Assembly: GCA_008632985.1 (NCBI GenBank) | Contig: QPGO01000024.1 | Coordinates: forward strand, 573,848 to 637,847 | Direction: 5' to 3' | Source: Psammoneis japonica | Lineage: Eukaryota | DNA length: 64,000 nucleotides | Made by a program: the position numbers and the translations under genes | The notes under the pieces: model-generated | Told to the model about the DNA's origin: nothing | Databases searched by the model: none | What the model saw: the letters and a program-made list of their open reading frames with translations, nothing else | In this document: piece by piece, positions 1-14,125 of the stretch | How the letters are laid out: every line of letters starts with the position of its first letter | How positions within the stretch are numbered: position 1 is the stretch's first letter

Positions 1-500
1 GGCTCCAACTGCCTCCAGTGCTGCTGGCACACAGGTGCCCACCGTCACCACTGCTGGCAGTTGTGCACAGGCTCCCACCACCACCACTGCCAGCAGCACA
101 CAGGCTCCCACTGCCACCACTGCTGGCAGCAAAACACCTCCAATCACCACCACTGCCAGCAGCATGCAGGGGCACCATCAACACCAGACAAAAAGAATCC
201 AACCACCTTGAATGCCAGCGGCACCCACCACCACCAGATGGAAAGGACAGTGGTGCACAGGCTCCAACCACCGCAAGTGCTGGCAGCTGTGCAGGGTGCA
301 GCCTCCCACTGCCACCAGTGCCAGCATCACACAGGGGCACCCACCACTGCCAGATAGAAAGGACAGCAGTGCACAGGCTCCAACCGCTGCCAGTGCTGGT
401 GGCCACACAGGATGCAGCCTCCCACTGCCACCAGTGCCAGCATCATGCGGGGGCACCAGCAAAAGGCTCCTGCCGCCGCCAGTGCTGCCACATTCAGCCC
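1..500. repeat. Degenerate tandem repeat, ~116-bp unit built on CCAC/TGCCAG-rich submotifs
   Basis: 243-337 and 359-453 are near-identical (aaggacagYRgtgcacaggctccaacc...gcagcctcccactgccaccagtgccagcatca); shorter related units lie at 1-240. Confidence 0.8.
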
Positions 501-844
501 TGCCACAATGTGCAGTCCAGCCCATAAATTTATGTTGAAAACAACACCGTCAGAGACGCCACCAATGTGACAGATCTCTTTCAAACTTTCCAACACATTG
601 TCACATCTAGAAGCATGCACTGTGGCATGGCCACGGGAACGCACTGAAGATGCCGCCACCGCATCATCATCGTGAAAGTGCCATTTGCGCTGGCCTCACG
701 CAAATTTGAATGAGGCCTGATTGGCGCAACTGCCATTTCAGTGTAGCCCCACGCAATGTCATGCACGTAGAATCCCACACAAGTTTTGTGAACGCATGGA
801 AGGACAGGCCAAGTGCAACCATTTTTTCAAATCTCCACAGTCCA

Positions 845-1658
845 TGCTTGCTGCTGCTGGCCAGAGCCAGCCAGCAGTGAGCAGCTGGCCAGAGTGGGTG
901 CATGAAGTGTGAGCAGCCAGCTGGAGTGGGTGCAGTGTGGGCCTCTGCTGGCACTCTCTGGAGTGGAAGTGACAGATCACTCTTCTTCATCTTTCAGGTG
1001 CTCCAGGTGATGAGGACAAACACTTGTCTGGGTTTGGTTGAAAAGTGTGTGATGACAAGTTCTGGCTCTCTTGCAGTGGGATCACCAGCTGTGCTTTTGT
1101 GTGTTTGTCATTGTGCTCACATGGTGGAGGCCACTTCACCATGCAAGGGACAAGTGCACAGCCAGCAGGGCCCTGCCTGCTTGCTTGCAATGCTTGCTGC
1201 TGCTGGCCAGAGCCAGCCAGCAGTGAGCAGCTGGCCAGAGTGGTGGGTGCATTGGCGTGAGCAGCCAGCTGGAGTGGGTGCAGTGTGGGCCTCTGCTGGC
1301 ACTCTCTAGAGTGGGAGTGACAGATCATTCTTCTTCATCTTTCAGGTGCTCCAGGTGATGAGGACAAACAATTCTCTGGGTTTAGTTAAAACGTGTGTGG
1401 TGACAAGTTTTGGCTCCAGCAGTGGGATCAACAGTTGGGCTTTTGTGTGTTTGTCATTGTGTTCATGGCGGAGGCCGCTTCACAGAGCAAGAGACAGACG
1501 TACAGCCAGCAGGGCCTAGCCTGCTTACTTACGATACTTGCTGCTGCTAGCCAGCCAGAGCTAGCTAGCTAGCTAGCCAGCAGTGAGCAGCAAGCTAGAG
1601 TGGGTGCACTGCGGGCCTCTACGGGCACTCTCTAGAGTGATAGATCGTTCTTCTTCAT
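845..1658. repeat. Tandem repeat, ~346-bp unit, ~2.3 copies, crossing the edge of a TpA/CpG-depleted block
   Basis: gcagtgagcag recurs at ~874, ~1220 and ~1580; tcttcttcatctttcaggtgctccaggtgatgaggacaaaca occurs at 981 and ~1329. Confidence 0.9.
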
Positions 1659-1742
1659 TCGGTCTACTAAGTCAACTACATGTTCCATAGACCTGGGAAA
1701 AAATAGACTGAGCAAATGAAAGAGTCTTAGAGTTGTCTCATT

Positions 1743-4700
1743 TTAGTCTACATGACGACGTTTCGCAGTGCCGCCACGCTGTAGTCGTCTTTCTTCTGCC
1801 TTCCGTTTACGCCTTTTCCGTTCACTTTGGTGCTTCTTCATTTTGCGAGCTGTGGCCACTTGTGGATCCTGAACGGCTTCCACTGCCAATTTCTGCTTGC
1901 GCGCTTCCTTCTTCTCTCGAGCTCGGACCTTCACAGATGCGTACGCCTCTAGGAATCCCTCCGTACCACAGTGCTCTTCCAGCACATGGAGTACGTTTTT
2001 GGCGATGTCGCCTTCCTTCGATGTCGGAGCATTTTTGCGAAACGTAATGGCGGTTTCAATTGCATTATCGGCCTCCACAATGCAACGATGCAGCGGTTCA
2101 AGCATTAGATCCAGGTACGGCGACACAATTTTTGGGTCCGCAAAAGTTGTAAACGCCGCGAATGACTTGAAAACAGCTACACGACGTTTCTCGCCCTTCG
2201 GCTTTGCCATGTTGGATAGACGCGTCATGAGCCATGCTAAAGGAGCTTTCTCTCCTCTTGGATCTTCACCATGTTGAGGCACTGCGAAGCACAAATGCGG
2301 GTATTTGTCCATGGCTTGAACGACCCATGTGAGAGACTTGATAGTAGTTGAAACATCCCGGTTTTGTTCGGATTCTGGGACGTTCAACTGGAGACAGAGA
2401 TTTTGTGCCACGTCGAAGAGTGATCCTGGACGGTTCAAAAACGTGCACTCATTCTTGTCTGCAAATGAAGTGGCGTGCAATGCTTGTAAGTGACCCGAAA
2501 GCAGGCGAGAGGCAACCTGCTGCACCCACGGATGAGGATTCACCAAACAATCGACAATCAAAGGCCATAAGTCTGTATGCTGGGATAGCATCGTAGGAAA
2601 ATGATTTAACACCTTGTCGAGGCATACCAGAGAAAAATAAGAGACCTCCCAATCATTCAAACCATCTGAGTTTTGGCTCTTGAGGTGTACATGGATTCGA
2701 GATATTAGTTCTCTCGCCACATTGCCTCGCTTCAAGAAATCCGGGCGCGCGTCAACAAAGACACCAAACATTTGCAGCGACGTTCTCTGCAAGGAACCTT
2801 TCCCTTGCGACGACCACTTGACAGCATAATCATAAAGCGTTTCTAGCACGTCCAAGGATACCCGACTAAGCAGCCGCATCAGAGATTTAGCAACAGCTTC
2901 CCGACACTCCTTTGAACCGTCGTTGACAAGCTGAAGAACAAGAGGCAAGAATAGAAGCTGCGCCTGCTCCTCGAGAAGAGGCAACGGGAACTTGTCGATT
3001 ACCGCAGAAACAAGACCGATGGCAGACAGCCTCCCTTCTTCGTGCTCGTACTGAATGTTGAGGACCATTTGTTTAAGATGCCCTTCTAAACGGATTTTTC
3101 TCATCGGGTATTCTAGCAGATAATACAAAAATATCTGTGAACTAAGCTGCTTAGTCGAAGCATCAGAGGGGTAAAATATGTTGAGTAACGAAAACATAAA
3201 AGAGTTTTCGACAGTTGATTGAGGGGGGGGAAACGTACCTGCCGAATTGTAACCTTTTGACTGCGGACGGACAACTCAAGCATTGTCTCCATCAAGTCAT
3301 AAAATTCCACAGAGATGAATTTACGGGATGATATCGCTTTGATCAAGCTGAAAGTAGCGTGGTGGTGGTCCATGTCAACCACAGAAGCTTTCAGAAGTGA
3401 CAACAGCACCTTCATTTGCTCCGTGTCAAGAGGCATACCGGTACTTGAAGAGTAAGGCTGAGTCAGGTCTCCCTCGTTAGTGAAGTCGATGCTACTTCCA
3501 ATCTCGCTCTGCTTGTCCATGGTCAGGAGAAGCGTCAGCGTCTTAAAACACCCTTGTGTCAGTTCATGGTGCAAATTTGAAAGGGCTCCTGACGATGTAA
3601 GAAGATCCAGTGTCTTTGTGCCGAGCGTTGTTGAACATGTAGGAACTGACGGTAGATCAAACCGGAGAAGTGACGCAAGACACTTCAATGCGAGTAAGAT
3701 CACATCCTTATCTCTGCAGATGCTGACACATATCGTCAAAATCGATATGAAGCCATCCATCATTGAAAGTAACTGATCATCATGTGAGTCCTTTTTGGTT
3801 CTCCTCAAAGCGGACGAAAGCAAGCTGAGACAAAATGTGACTGAACTTATTGCAGCAGGGTCATTCAAACTTCCCGCAGACAACTTCGCCACCCAAGAAA
3901 ATCGCGAGTTTCCCGTTAATCTGGGCGCGCTTGCACCATCCTGAACCTTACCCAATGCTTTCCTCTCTTTGAGTTTCATCGCATGCGCGTCATTTTCGGA
4001 AGATACCGAATGAACAGTAGATGGATGCCATACTACAACTGCATTCGTCCGGCGAGTTCTAGGTTTCGTCAATTGAGATGATCGAGCGTAAGGAACACCG
4101 CTTTCTCCTGTTCGACTGACGCTCATGGGCTTCAGTCCATTTTCATCATCACTGCTTTCGTAGGCTTCAGCAGAAGATCTTTCTCCCGGTTCAGTCGCTA
4201 CAGAATGATACTCCCTAACGAATGGTTCAATGGTCGCATAGACGAAAGGAAAAAGCTCTTTCTCAACTGCACTCGGGTTACGTGACAAGCCAACAACAAC
4301 GCGATTCAAGCATTCTGTGACTTTTCCGATCGTCTTGGCACTAACATTGCTCTCGCGTAAGCGATTCAACAATGGTGTCACAACAACATGAATAGACGAG
4401 AGGTTCGTGCTTTTCGCTCCTGGGCTGGTGCGAATGGAGGGCTTGAAGAGAAGCATTCTACACATGAGCTCTATCGAGTCAACGCTTTTCGACCCCGACG
4501 CTTCTTTCACGACACGTTTCTGAACACCCTCGGCTTCTTTCCTCTCCGCCGCCTCGCCAAACAAATCCTGTTGTATCACATCAATCAGAGCCGGCAAACA
4601 GCGGTCAAACGGGAGCGGTAACATTTCTTGGATAACCTCACCACTAGGAGGCTTGTATGTTTTGGAAATTTCGAGAAGAATCGAATGAATGGTGGCGGAT

Positions 4701-7700
4701 CGCACGTGTAGCTGATAACCCTCGGTAAGAGCTACGACAACTTCACGAATAATGTCCAAGAGATACTTCCTGTCAACCTCAACTGCCATCTTCGCGAGTG
4801 TCGATCGAGCTGCATCTCTTGCATCTGACTCTCGATTCTTGAGAGCGTCGCATGTCACAGCTAGTAATCTGGGAAGTCTTGATTCGAAATATTGCTCTGG
4901 GAACTTATACAACAACTTTAGGAGCGTTAGGACCACTGGGGATCGAAGGATCTTTACTTTCGACCCACTTCGATCAACTTTCTCCTTTGACAAGAAACTT
5001 TCGATTTTGGGGATAAGTCGCCTCTCTAGCGTTCTCCAAACTGTACTGCCATTCTTTGAAGACAGAGATCGAGTTTCTTCTGATCTTTCGCATTCGTTCT
5101 CCTGGCTGTTACTTTCAGATTCCACTATGTCGAAGTGAAAGCCATCTATAAGTGAACATATCATCCCAACTAGGAACCTCTCTTGCTCTGGGTGACGAGG
5201 AAACTGCATTAGAGCAGTCCACAACGTGTTGTTGTACTTGTTCCAAGAAAGACGTTTCGCGAGAGTCCCTACAGTTGCAATTGCTTCCAATACGTATGGT
5301 TCTTCGGCTTTGCTTTGGCACTCGTATATTGGATGCATCGCGAGAGGGAGTAACACATTCGACATCGAATGCATTGTAAACGATGAGCCAGATGCATCGT
5401 TTGAGTTCGAACAAAGCGTTTTACGTAATCGCTGAAGAGCCCTGCATCGGCGATGGATTTGTACGTGAGTGAGATTCTTGAAGAAGTCCAAATCTGGGTC
5501 GTCGGTGCGTACGAGGCAACCTAAATCACCATACAGATTCGGCGAGGGGTATCCCTCAAAGCAACGCGACACTTCGGCCAACAGAAGAATAAAAAGCCTG
5601 CGAACTTGTAGACTACTGGCACCCAGTCCCAGTCGTATGAACGGAACAATTGATTTCTCCATCAATTGCAACCAAGAATCCCGATGCAATTCCTCTTTAT
5701 CTGCTTTCGGCGTCACCTCTGAAGCCAAAAGGATGAGCGTTTTCAACGCCTTGAAAGCACCCCGACTCACTACGCCATCGTCGTCGTAAAGAAAATGAAA
5801 GCACGTTTGTATAAGTGGCAGCAAGTGAATGAGGTCTGGTGGGAGATTAGAATCGGAGCTCTGGCCTGCGAGATGTAGCCAATTAAAAGACGTAGCATTC
5901 GCGTCACTCAGGCCATTCAGTGCTGGGATGAGCTGGTCGTAATCTGCTTCATCGACTCTCTTTGCATTCAAGGAGCAGAGTTGACCCAGAACTATTGAGC
6001 CGTGCTTGAGATTCTCGTCAGCATTGCTGCCATCGGCTATTGTCGCAATAACCGTTGCCGTCCTTTGTCGAACACGTAGGGACGTGATACCTTTCCCCGA
6101 TTTATGCGGACCAAGCACTCGCGACAACGCCGCCAAATGAGAAAGCGCTTCTGAAGCTTCTACCCGTGGCAGAATACTGCTCAAAATATTCAACACGTTG
6201 AGCTGGCCATCTTCGTTAGCTCTCAGATCGTGCCCAAGGAACGGGATAAGGAGCCCACAAAGACTGGCAAAGACTCCAGCGCCCTCTGCACCTCTGCTTC
6301 CCTTTGCATCGTCGTGAACGATAATTTCACTGACGCGACAAAGGATAGCAAGCTGTCGCCAAGTAATCTGGTTCACCGGATGTTTCCGTTTCGTTTTTGC
6401 GGCCGATTCAGTCAAGCCGAGGTTTTCTATCTCAATCCGATCGGCGAACTGCTTGATCAGAACGGGAATGTGCTTTCGAACTAATTCGACCCCGCCAGAG
6501 TCATATGAAAGTTCATAGGCAGCTGTGGAATTATCGCTGTCAGTCATGCCATCACTCAAAAGGTTATCGATAAACTTGAGGGAGGCATCGACAACCTCGT
6601 GCCTGCTTGTGGGTGCGATGCACCTTAATACAGCTTCGACAGCTGCTGGCTGGTCAACAAGCGTCGGTATCAGACGATGATGCGCCGATAGTGTCACAAG
6701 GAGCCGCAAAAGAGCCGGGGCCTTTTCCGAGTTTACAACTGTACCGGGAAGCAATCTGACGGAAGTAGCGACAGCTCTCCACATCCTCTGGGAGTATTTA
6801 GAAAAATCGTGCGAGAAAGCATACTGTGCCATAACCTCCTCCATTCGTTGGAAACACAAAGTCCTTATGGTACCATCACGACAAACTTGAGCATTTCCAT
6901 TCCCTCCCGTTTCGTCTGGTCCAGCATGAATGCTGTGAAGTTTTCTTACTTTTGTGAGCTCACAAATCGATAGAATGATGGACATGAACGTCGGCACATA
7001 CTTCTCAACTCCGTAACCCAGCTGAGCAATCACATCTGACAATAGATTCAGGAACCCTTCCTGACGTTGTTGATGTAAGCCGATTGCCGGGAGGTCTTGC
7101 GCAGTCATAGATTCTATGGCTTCTAAAACTTTGTCCCTGTAATCATCCGACTGCTTCTCGATGGGCACTATTGGAAGAGCAACGGGGACGAAGATGCGAA
7201 TCATCAAAAAGATGAAAGGGTACAAGTCAGGTCCGTCTCCGAGTACAGAAAGAAACGATAGAACTGCAGCCCGTCTTGCAGAAGGGCTGTCCTTTGATGA
7301 TTTCGCCCCAGAAACGCGTGCAGCAAGTCTTCCAAAAAGCATACGGCTCATAAGAGCAAATAGCGTAGCGCGATGATCTTCCTCTATAACCCCAGAGTCC
7401 CTCGAGATATCAAAGTTAACCAGTGCTTCACGTAGCTCTCCTTTCTTCAGCATGTTGTTCAAATGATCGGCATATGGCATCAGCTGAGGGAGCTTAAATT
7501 TGAGCACGCACGAAAGTGCCAGCTGGGCAATCTCTACGTCTTGGTGAGACAAAAATGCCCAATAAATCGATTGAAGAACAGCATGTTTGTACAGCTGCTG
7601 CGGACCATTCACCACAGCAAACATTTGAAGAAAAGACGACAATTTTCGCTTCAGTTCTCGTCTTGTGAGATCCTCCCGTGTCCACCTGCACACAAAAAGT

Positions 7701-10700
7701 AGCAGTAACAACAAAAAGGAAAACCATCATATTGAGATTACGCATCTGGTCAGACACGACATGGACGTTTCCAAGCTTACTCGGCTACTTCTTCTACTTG
7801 ATCTTCGAGTCTGAGCTCCGCTGCTTCTGGGTCATTGCGATGAAATAAAAAGTATTGCAAGTGAAGAAATCGAAGGAAAATGGGAACTACAACTTTTGAT
7901 TTTTTCGTTGTCAAGTGTGGTGCTCCCTCCATTACGCTCCAAACAAGCTCAAATATTGTAGCCGTGTCTGTACTTTGGTGGCGAGACACCCTGCCAAATT
8001 CACCGGCAGTGATTACTTGACAGGAAAAGAGCCTTGCATCCGAGCCATTACTCTTCTCCCAAGCAACACATTTACGATGATACGCTGTATAAAATGATTC
8101 CTTCGAGAAAGCTCCATCGGACACTTTACGCGGACTACTCAAGTCCTCGTGACACGGAACCGTGACTTTCTCTAGCATGGCTTCGATAGACGGCCAAGTA
8201 GAATCCTCGTGAGACGTCGCCAAGGCTACAAGTGCCCGCACTGCGAAGGGCCACATCGACGAGAACTTTGTGTGTAAGATACCAAACATATGATTCGATG
8301 CAGCTTCGGCATACGCCACGGGCAGCCTCCCAGTCCTTCCCAACACCTCGACTCTTGATATAAGCGACGTAAGATGACGCTCATTGTCAAGGTTCACCGG
8401 AGATGATTCTAAGCTCAAAAGAGTAGCTAAAATGTCACAAGGACCAGACAAGGTCTGCGAAGTCTCCCATGTTTCGCCAATTTTGTTCCTAGTCATACCA
8501 ACTGGTTCTTCGTCGAGTTCGTCTGTCAGGTCAAGATCCGCGTAGTTAGTAACAAACGGTTTAGGTGGAAAGCTGCAAAGGATCTCGAGGGTATGAAGAC
8601 GAAGGAAGTGAGATTTATGTCTCAGATTCGGTATCAAAATGTCAATTACATCATTCGGTGAATCACTGAGCTCAAGCCCAAAATCTGCCAAAGCCGCGAC
8701 TAAGGACGAAACACTCTTTACTGCCCAAACGGAGGAAGGATGCGTCACGAGAAGGCCCAAGGCCGATGCCCGTGACCGAGAAACTGATTTCTTTAGGAAT
8801 AGTGGTGCGTCCTCTGGTCCTTTGCTGCACACCTTTTTCGATATGGTCGCCAACGTCTCAAGCACCAACGCCTTTGTAATCAATAAATCACAGTCAGTGA
8901 TCTCTTTATCCGCATCTTTCGAAGAATTCGAGCCACAAAAATTAGTATCCAAATGTACCATAGTAGCATCAAACCACTGGGTTATCCTCTTGAGGACTTT
9001 GTCGTCGACAACCTTAGATCTTTCTCCAATGAGAGCCAAGAACGGAATGCATCGACATGCACAACCAAGTCTCGCAAGGTCCTCCCGAGTAGAAATATTG
9101 CGAATAAGGCAAACGTCAAGGAGAGCAAATTGATGATTCGGCAGGGGTTTGCATTCAACAGCGTTGTCAACAAAGAAGATACTATCGTCGTCATCTTCTC
9201 CCTTTTCGGTTGACAATAAACGACACGTGGCGACAGAATGAATTAATGCCAAAGATAGATTCGGATTGTCTTGGTTGAACTGGGCAGCTGCTTTCAACAC
9301 TGCGGTTCCCACATACTGCAATGCCACATCACGTGGCACCGACGGCAAAAGCTCGGTTGCCAGGTATTCGGCAGCTTCTTGCACTTGTCGGTCTGATGAT
9401 GTCTTTCCGGTCCGCGATAGAAGCTTCGGCAAGAACCGACAGAGTCGCGAAGAGTTTTCGTGGTCTGGAGCCGCTCTCCAAACAGAACAGAGCAATCCCC
9501 AAGTCACTGTTTGGACGTCGGGTGTCAACATTTCGTATAGGTCGCAAGTCCTGTTCAAAAAGACACGTTCCAATAAAGCGAGAAATTGGTTTATCATCGC
9601 TTGATCGATACTGTGGATAGCAGCATTGTTAAATGATACCGACTGGTCCAGCAGTTTCAACATGTGGGAAAAAGCTTGCATTGCGTGGACATCAAGAATC
9701 TTAGGAGCTGACTGCTCTAGGGTTGATAGTACCCCGTCGGTCGCTTTGAATAGTTCCTTCCACACCCGCTCCATGCTGCCCACATAAGTACTGAGCTTTT
9801 CTAGAAATGCTCTTGCAATATTATAGACAATATCTTTGCTTTCTTGATCGTCTTTGTCATTTGACCCGACGCAGTCAAGCGCACACTTGATCGCGACGTG
9901 GCCTTTGGAATGCAACTGTCCCTGAACTCCCCGTGCCGTGCAGCACAGCAATAGGGATACACCATCAATAGCATCGCTGACAACCCTCTGCCGTGACTGC
10001 CGTGAAAGAACTTTTGCTAGTGCACGAATGACCCGTTTTAAGTGTCGCTTCCGTGCCGAGTCACTGGGCAGCTTGCGAATGAGCGGCGAGAAAGTTTCAG
10101 CAGCTAATCGACGGACGTAGTCTCGCTTATGTGCAAGTGTGGCCCCATAATACTGCCTCATGGGTTCCAGGCACGGTGCTTCATCTCTATTTGCAGTTTC
10201 TTCAAAGACGTTCGTGTCATAGCGAAAAATATACGACAATGTCCGAAACGCAGCCTCGACAACTGTAACATCCAAAGGGACTGGCTGCTTCCCTGATATC
10301 GGCGGCGGATTCAATAAATCATAAATAATCCTTGGTATGATCACTGGGTGAAGATATTTATGAATCTCATGCCGTAGCTCTTTGGCCAGAACGGAGAGCA
10401 AGTGCAATATATCGGTTGTGGCGAGGTTAACGACGTAGCTCTGCCTGTTTCGATTACTGGTTCCGTTCTTGTCGTCCTCTCTCGGAACCCACGGTCCAGG
10501 CGAGGGTTCGGATCTCTCAGAAGCAGGCGAAAGCAAGTAAGCCATGCAGAGTTCGATAATGGCTGGCGCATGATGAAGGACTTCGGGGAGGGATCGCACC
10601 AAAGGCCAAACAGTCCGGTAGAACCTGCCGAAAAGCTCAGACGCGTTCCGTTCGTGTGCCAAATCAACTTCTTCCGCAAAGGTAGATGCTTCTTCTAGCG

Positions 10701-11010
10701 TGTCATCTCCAACAAAATTCTTTGAATCGAACTCGGCTTCTGCTGCTGCAGTGGAAACGATAGCTACCCGAGACGAATCGTCACCAGCAACCCTTGACGT
10801 CCTCTTTGACCTCTTGCGAAGCGACTCTTCCGAATGGTGATGAACACGCTCTTCTCTAGTTGCAGCGCTGGTCACACCAATACGCCGTTTGTACGATCTA
10901 TAAATGTCAGCGGACGCCCTCTCGGAACGCTGCCGCGCCGAAGCAAAACGAATCCGGTTCTTGCCACGCGCATCAGTGTTGAGCGATTTAATGTGTTGAG
11001 TGTTCTCCAT
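1743..11010 (-). CDS. UTP20: U3 snoRNP/SSU processome HEAT-repeat protein UTP20; exons 11010-7781, 7685-3239, 3146-1743
   Basis: Three long ORFs are joined in frame by GT-AG introns 7686-7780 and 3147-3238. Motifs include SLPEVLHH, YVRRLAAE, LTHVQIHRR..AL, LTEGYQLHV and QIFLYYLLEYP, plus a basic C-terminal tail. Confidence 0.92.
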
Positions 11011-11653
11011 CTCTGAAACGCACCCCTTGAAAGTACCAACCGCTCTCGATGAGACGTTTTGGCTGGATGGAAAATTGACGACGACTCCTGCTGCCAATCC
11101 GAGTGCCTTCCAGCACTGTCATGATCGCTGATGGTCGCTTGGGTGCGGGTTTGTGTTGAGTGGTGGTTGGCTGAGGTTTTGAGCTCACAATGTCACCTCG
11201 GGCCAATCAGCACGTTGCAATTCATGACGCGCCGTTCAAAGAGCGACCTAAAATCAGTGCAGTATCAGAGAAATGATGCTTTTCAGTCTTGTTTTAAATA
11301 GTCGACACGTATGCAGAAAAAGACATAAGACTCAAGTACGTAGAGATACAGTAGGACAAACACGTGTAACTGACAGCGCATAAGCTTGAAGTGCGTATCA
11401 AATCCTAAAGACAACCCGGATGTTTATTTGACTCGTAGAAATTTACGATGTTTCCCAGTACAAAACTGTCGTCAGCGCGATCCATCAAGTTGGAAGAGGT
11501 GGCTGAAGTTGCTGTTGTGGCCACTGCATGCATTTCAATCACACAAACTTCTGTTCCGTCTCTGTGCCAACCATACCCATCACAGCGACTTTAAAGCGCA
11601 CTGCCGTAATCAGTATTTCTTTGTGGCGCTCGATCAACAAGCCTTCTGCTAAA

Positions 11654-12734
11654 ATGTTGTCCCTTCGTTGTGTCGTTGTTGCTGTTTCGATGGCTTCTGT
11701 TGCGGAAGTCAGTTCCTTTACCACACCGATGTTTCAAGAGGTCACGAATAGACAAAGAACTGCGCCCTCCAAGACAGAGGGAGTTGAGATTGAGCTACCC
11801 AACTTCGATGAGCTTTTTGGGAGAATTCAACAGGTATCGCCACTCGCTCGTCAAGCGATCCAGGGTGATACGAACGACTCTGGCGAAAAGGGATTTGATG
11901 CTGTCGATGACACTTGTAAGTACTTAATAATTCTCCTGTTGAACAAACAACATATCGCCGTTGTAGCGCCTTAACCTTGATGCTTTTAATTACGCCTGAT
12001 TCGATAATGTGACAGGGCCTTCCAATTTGAACTGGAAAGTAATCGATTCAAACAAGCGAAAAACTGTACATTTGATTGACAAGATTGACAACTTTCAGAA
12101 TCTTGGGTCTCCTATTGTGCGCTTTCGTGCGTCCCTCAAGGGACCGTGCGTTGGCGAACGATTCGCCACTTTCATCATGGACAAAGATCAGCGTGCGAAA
12201 TGGGACCCCCAGATCGAGCAGGTATACGAAGCATACCCAATTTACGATCTTGACACGGCCAACATTGCTATGGGCTTCGGAAAGTATGGGGACTGCTCAC
12301 GGCTTGGGGTGGGATACTGCCAGACAAAGGGAACAATGGGAATAACATCGCGAGAGCAGCTTACCTTGTGTGGGATCCAAGATTTTGCTGACGGCTCAAC
12401 TGTGATTTGGGGAACCGAGATGGAAGACTGGCACAACCATTTACTTCCCCCAGGAGAGCGTCACACACGAGCAAAGTCTCACCTTTTCTGCACGACATTG
12501 ATGCCTACTGGTCCGGATAGCTTTGACGTGGAATACGTTCTACAATTGGAAATTGGCGGCAAGATACCGACGTGGCTCACCACACCAATCGTCACCGAAA
12601 CAGTGAAGAATCTCTTCAAGTACTCGAAAAAGTATTTCGAAGGCGGAAAAGGAAGCGAGCTAGAAAAGTACATGATGCAGATGGAGGATCATGATTCCTT
12701 GGCCGAGCGCCACAGGTTGTTGATGACACCATAG
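11654..12734 (+). CDS. START/SRPBCC-like lipid-binding domain protein, probably plastid-targeted; intron 11916-12015
   Basis: Signal peptide followed by VSS-FTT (ASAF-like); RAKWDP, VEYVLQLEIGGKIPTWL; in-frame GT-AG intron. Confidence 0.75.
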
Positions 12735-13510
12735 ACTAGAGCTAGCTAGAGGAAGTACAGCGCAGAGTACAGACGCAGGAACTTTTTCGGATTAGACGGG
12801 ATGATCAGTCACCGGTATAATTCCAAAACTTAAACAAGTTATGTAAGAAATATTACGGAATCCTTCTACCGTACCTACTGTAAAGTGCCCGTTTCCACAC
12901 AACCAAGGCGAATAAAGAGTGTATCAGGAGAGAGTGCCGAAACAAAATGTGTTGTAGTGAAGAAGAAGGGGCTTAGTGTGAAGTTGTTATTCAGAATGCG
13001 TTGACGTGATGTGATGTGATCGCTTCCAACATGCGATGTCTGACGGAAGGATCCATAGTCAGAGAATATATATACAGGAGTTGGTAATTTGGAAATTACG
13101 AGTGGCGAATACCAAGAAATCTAGCTAGAGTTACTTTCATACTAGCTAGCTGGTATTAGACTGTTCTGATCTGTAGGCTCCTGCCTCTATTACTCTCTCT
13201 ACTCGTAGATAGAGTACAGCAGTGCTGCTCTACTACTCTCCAGAGTAGAGAATACAAGCAGCTAACCAACCTGTCGGTTGTGAGTCAGTCGTGGCGGGGT
13301 GGCGTTACCGTTTGTCGTCCGCACGCGCAAAGGAGCCGCAAAAAGAAGAAAGAAGAGGCACATAAAAGGACCTCCTGCTGGCTGCTGGACGCGTCAGCTT
13401 GGTGAGGTTTCTGGTTGTCTGCTTCGAACGTTCGCTCCCAGCTCTCGCGCTATCTACTGTACTTCTATTTTCACATCCTGAATGTCTTGGTTGAAGGCGT
13501 GAAAAGGCAC

Positions 13511-14125
13511 ATGATGGTTCTCGCAACCTATGGACTTTTCCTGTCGACGACTGCGCAGCGAATCGCTATGCGATCTCTTGGGCGCATTCCTCCTTCCGCA
13601 ATCCAGTCCCAGTCCCATGGCGCTCTTTCCTTTCATTTCTCTGCAGCTGTGAAAAGTGATAGGCCATCAGGAGTTCGACTTCAGAGAAGACGGCGGGGCG
13701 GCTCTTTGTCACCGCCGGTGCAATCCTCTCCGTCTACAGAAGAAAATCAGGACAATAAGCGGGCCAAGATCGGGCGGTCGTCTCTCGTCAAAGAGACCGA
13801 CTCCATGATATTTTCGGAAGCTGCGAGAAAGTTGCTTTCAAAGGTGAAGGAAGGCCTGGTTCCTATGGAACGTGCAAACGACGTCTTTGTGGTCACCTCC
13901 ACGCCAAATAGTTTAAAAATTGAGCTCCGCCCAGGAGATGGAATATACACAATGGAAGTGGACGACGACGCCAAGTGTCTATATCTGCAGTCGTTCAGTG
14001 GTAGATTCACGTATGTGTTCAACTCACGCACGAGTGAATGGGTGAGTGCAGATGACGGACACATATTCGAGGGGATGTTGGTGCGAGACTTGATTAGCCA
14101 ATGCAAAGGCGTGCCAGACTTGTGA
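13511..14125 (+). CDS. Frataxin/CyaY-like protein (divergent), likely mitochondrial
   Basis: R/S-rich N-terminus; C-terminal LQSFSGRFTYVF..EWVSADDGHIFEGMLVRDL resembles the frataxin fold; start could be 13568. Confidence 0.6.
   Translation: MMVLATYGLFLSTTAQRIAMRSLGRIPPSAIQSQSHGALSFHFSAAVKSDRPSGVRLQRRRRGGSLSPPVQSSPSTEENQDNKRAKIGRSSLVKETDSMIFSEAARKLLSKVKEGLVPMERANDVFVVTSTPNSLKIELRPGDGIYTMEVDDDAKCLYLQSFSGRFTYVFNSRTSEWVSADDGHIFEGMLVRDLISQCKGVPDL

Noticed and set aside
1..1658. Repeats as a possible CRISPR array
   Set aside because: Units are long, degenerate and lack unique spacers; eukaryotic context with no cas genes
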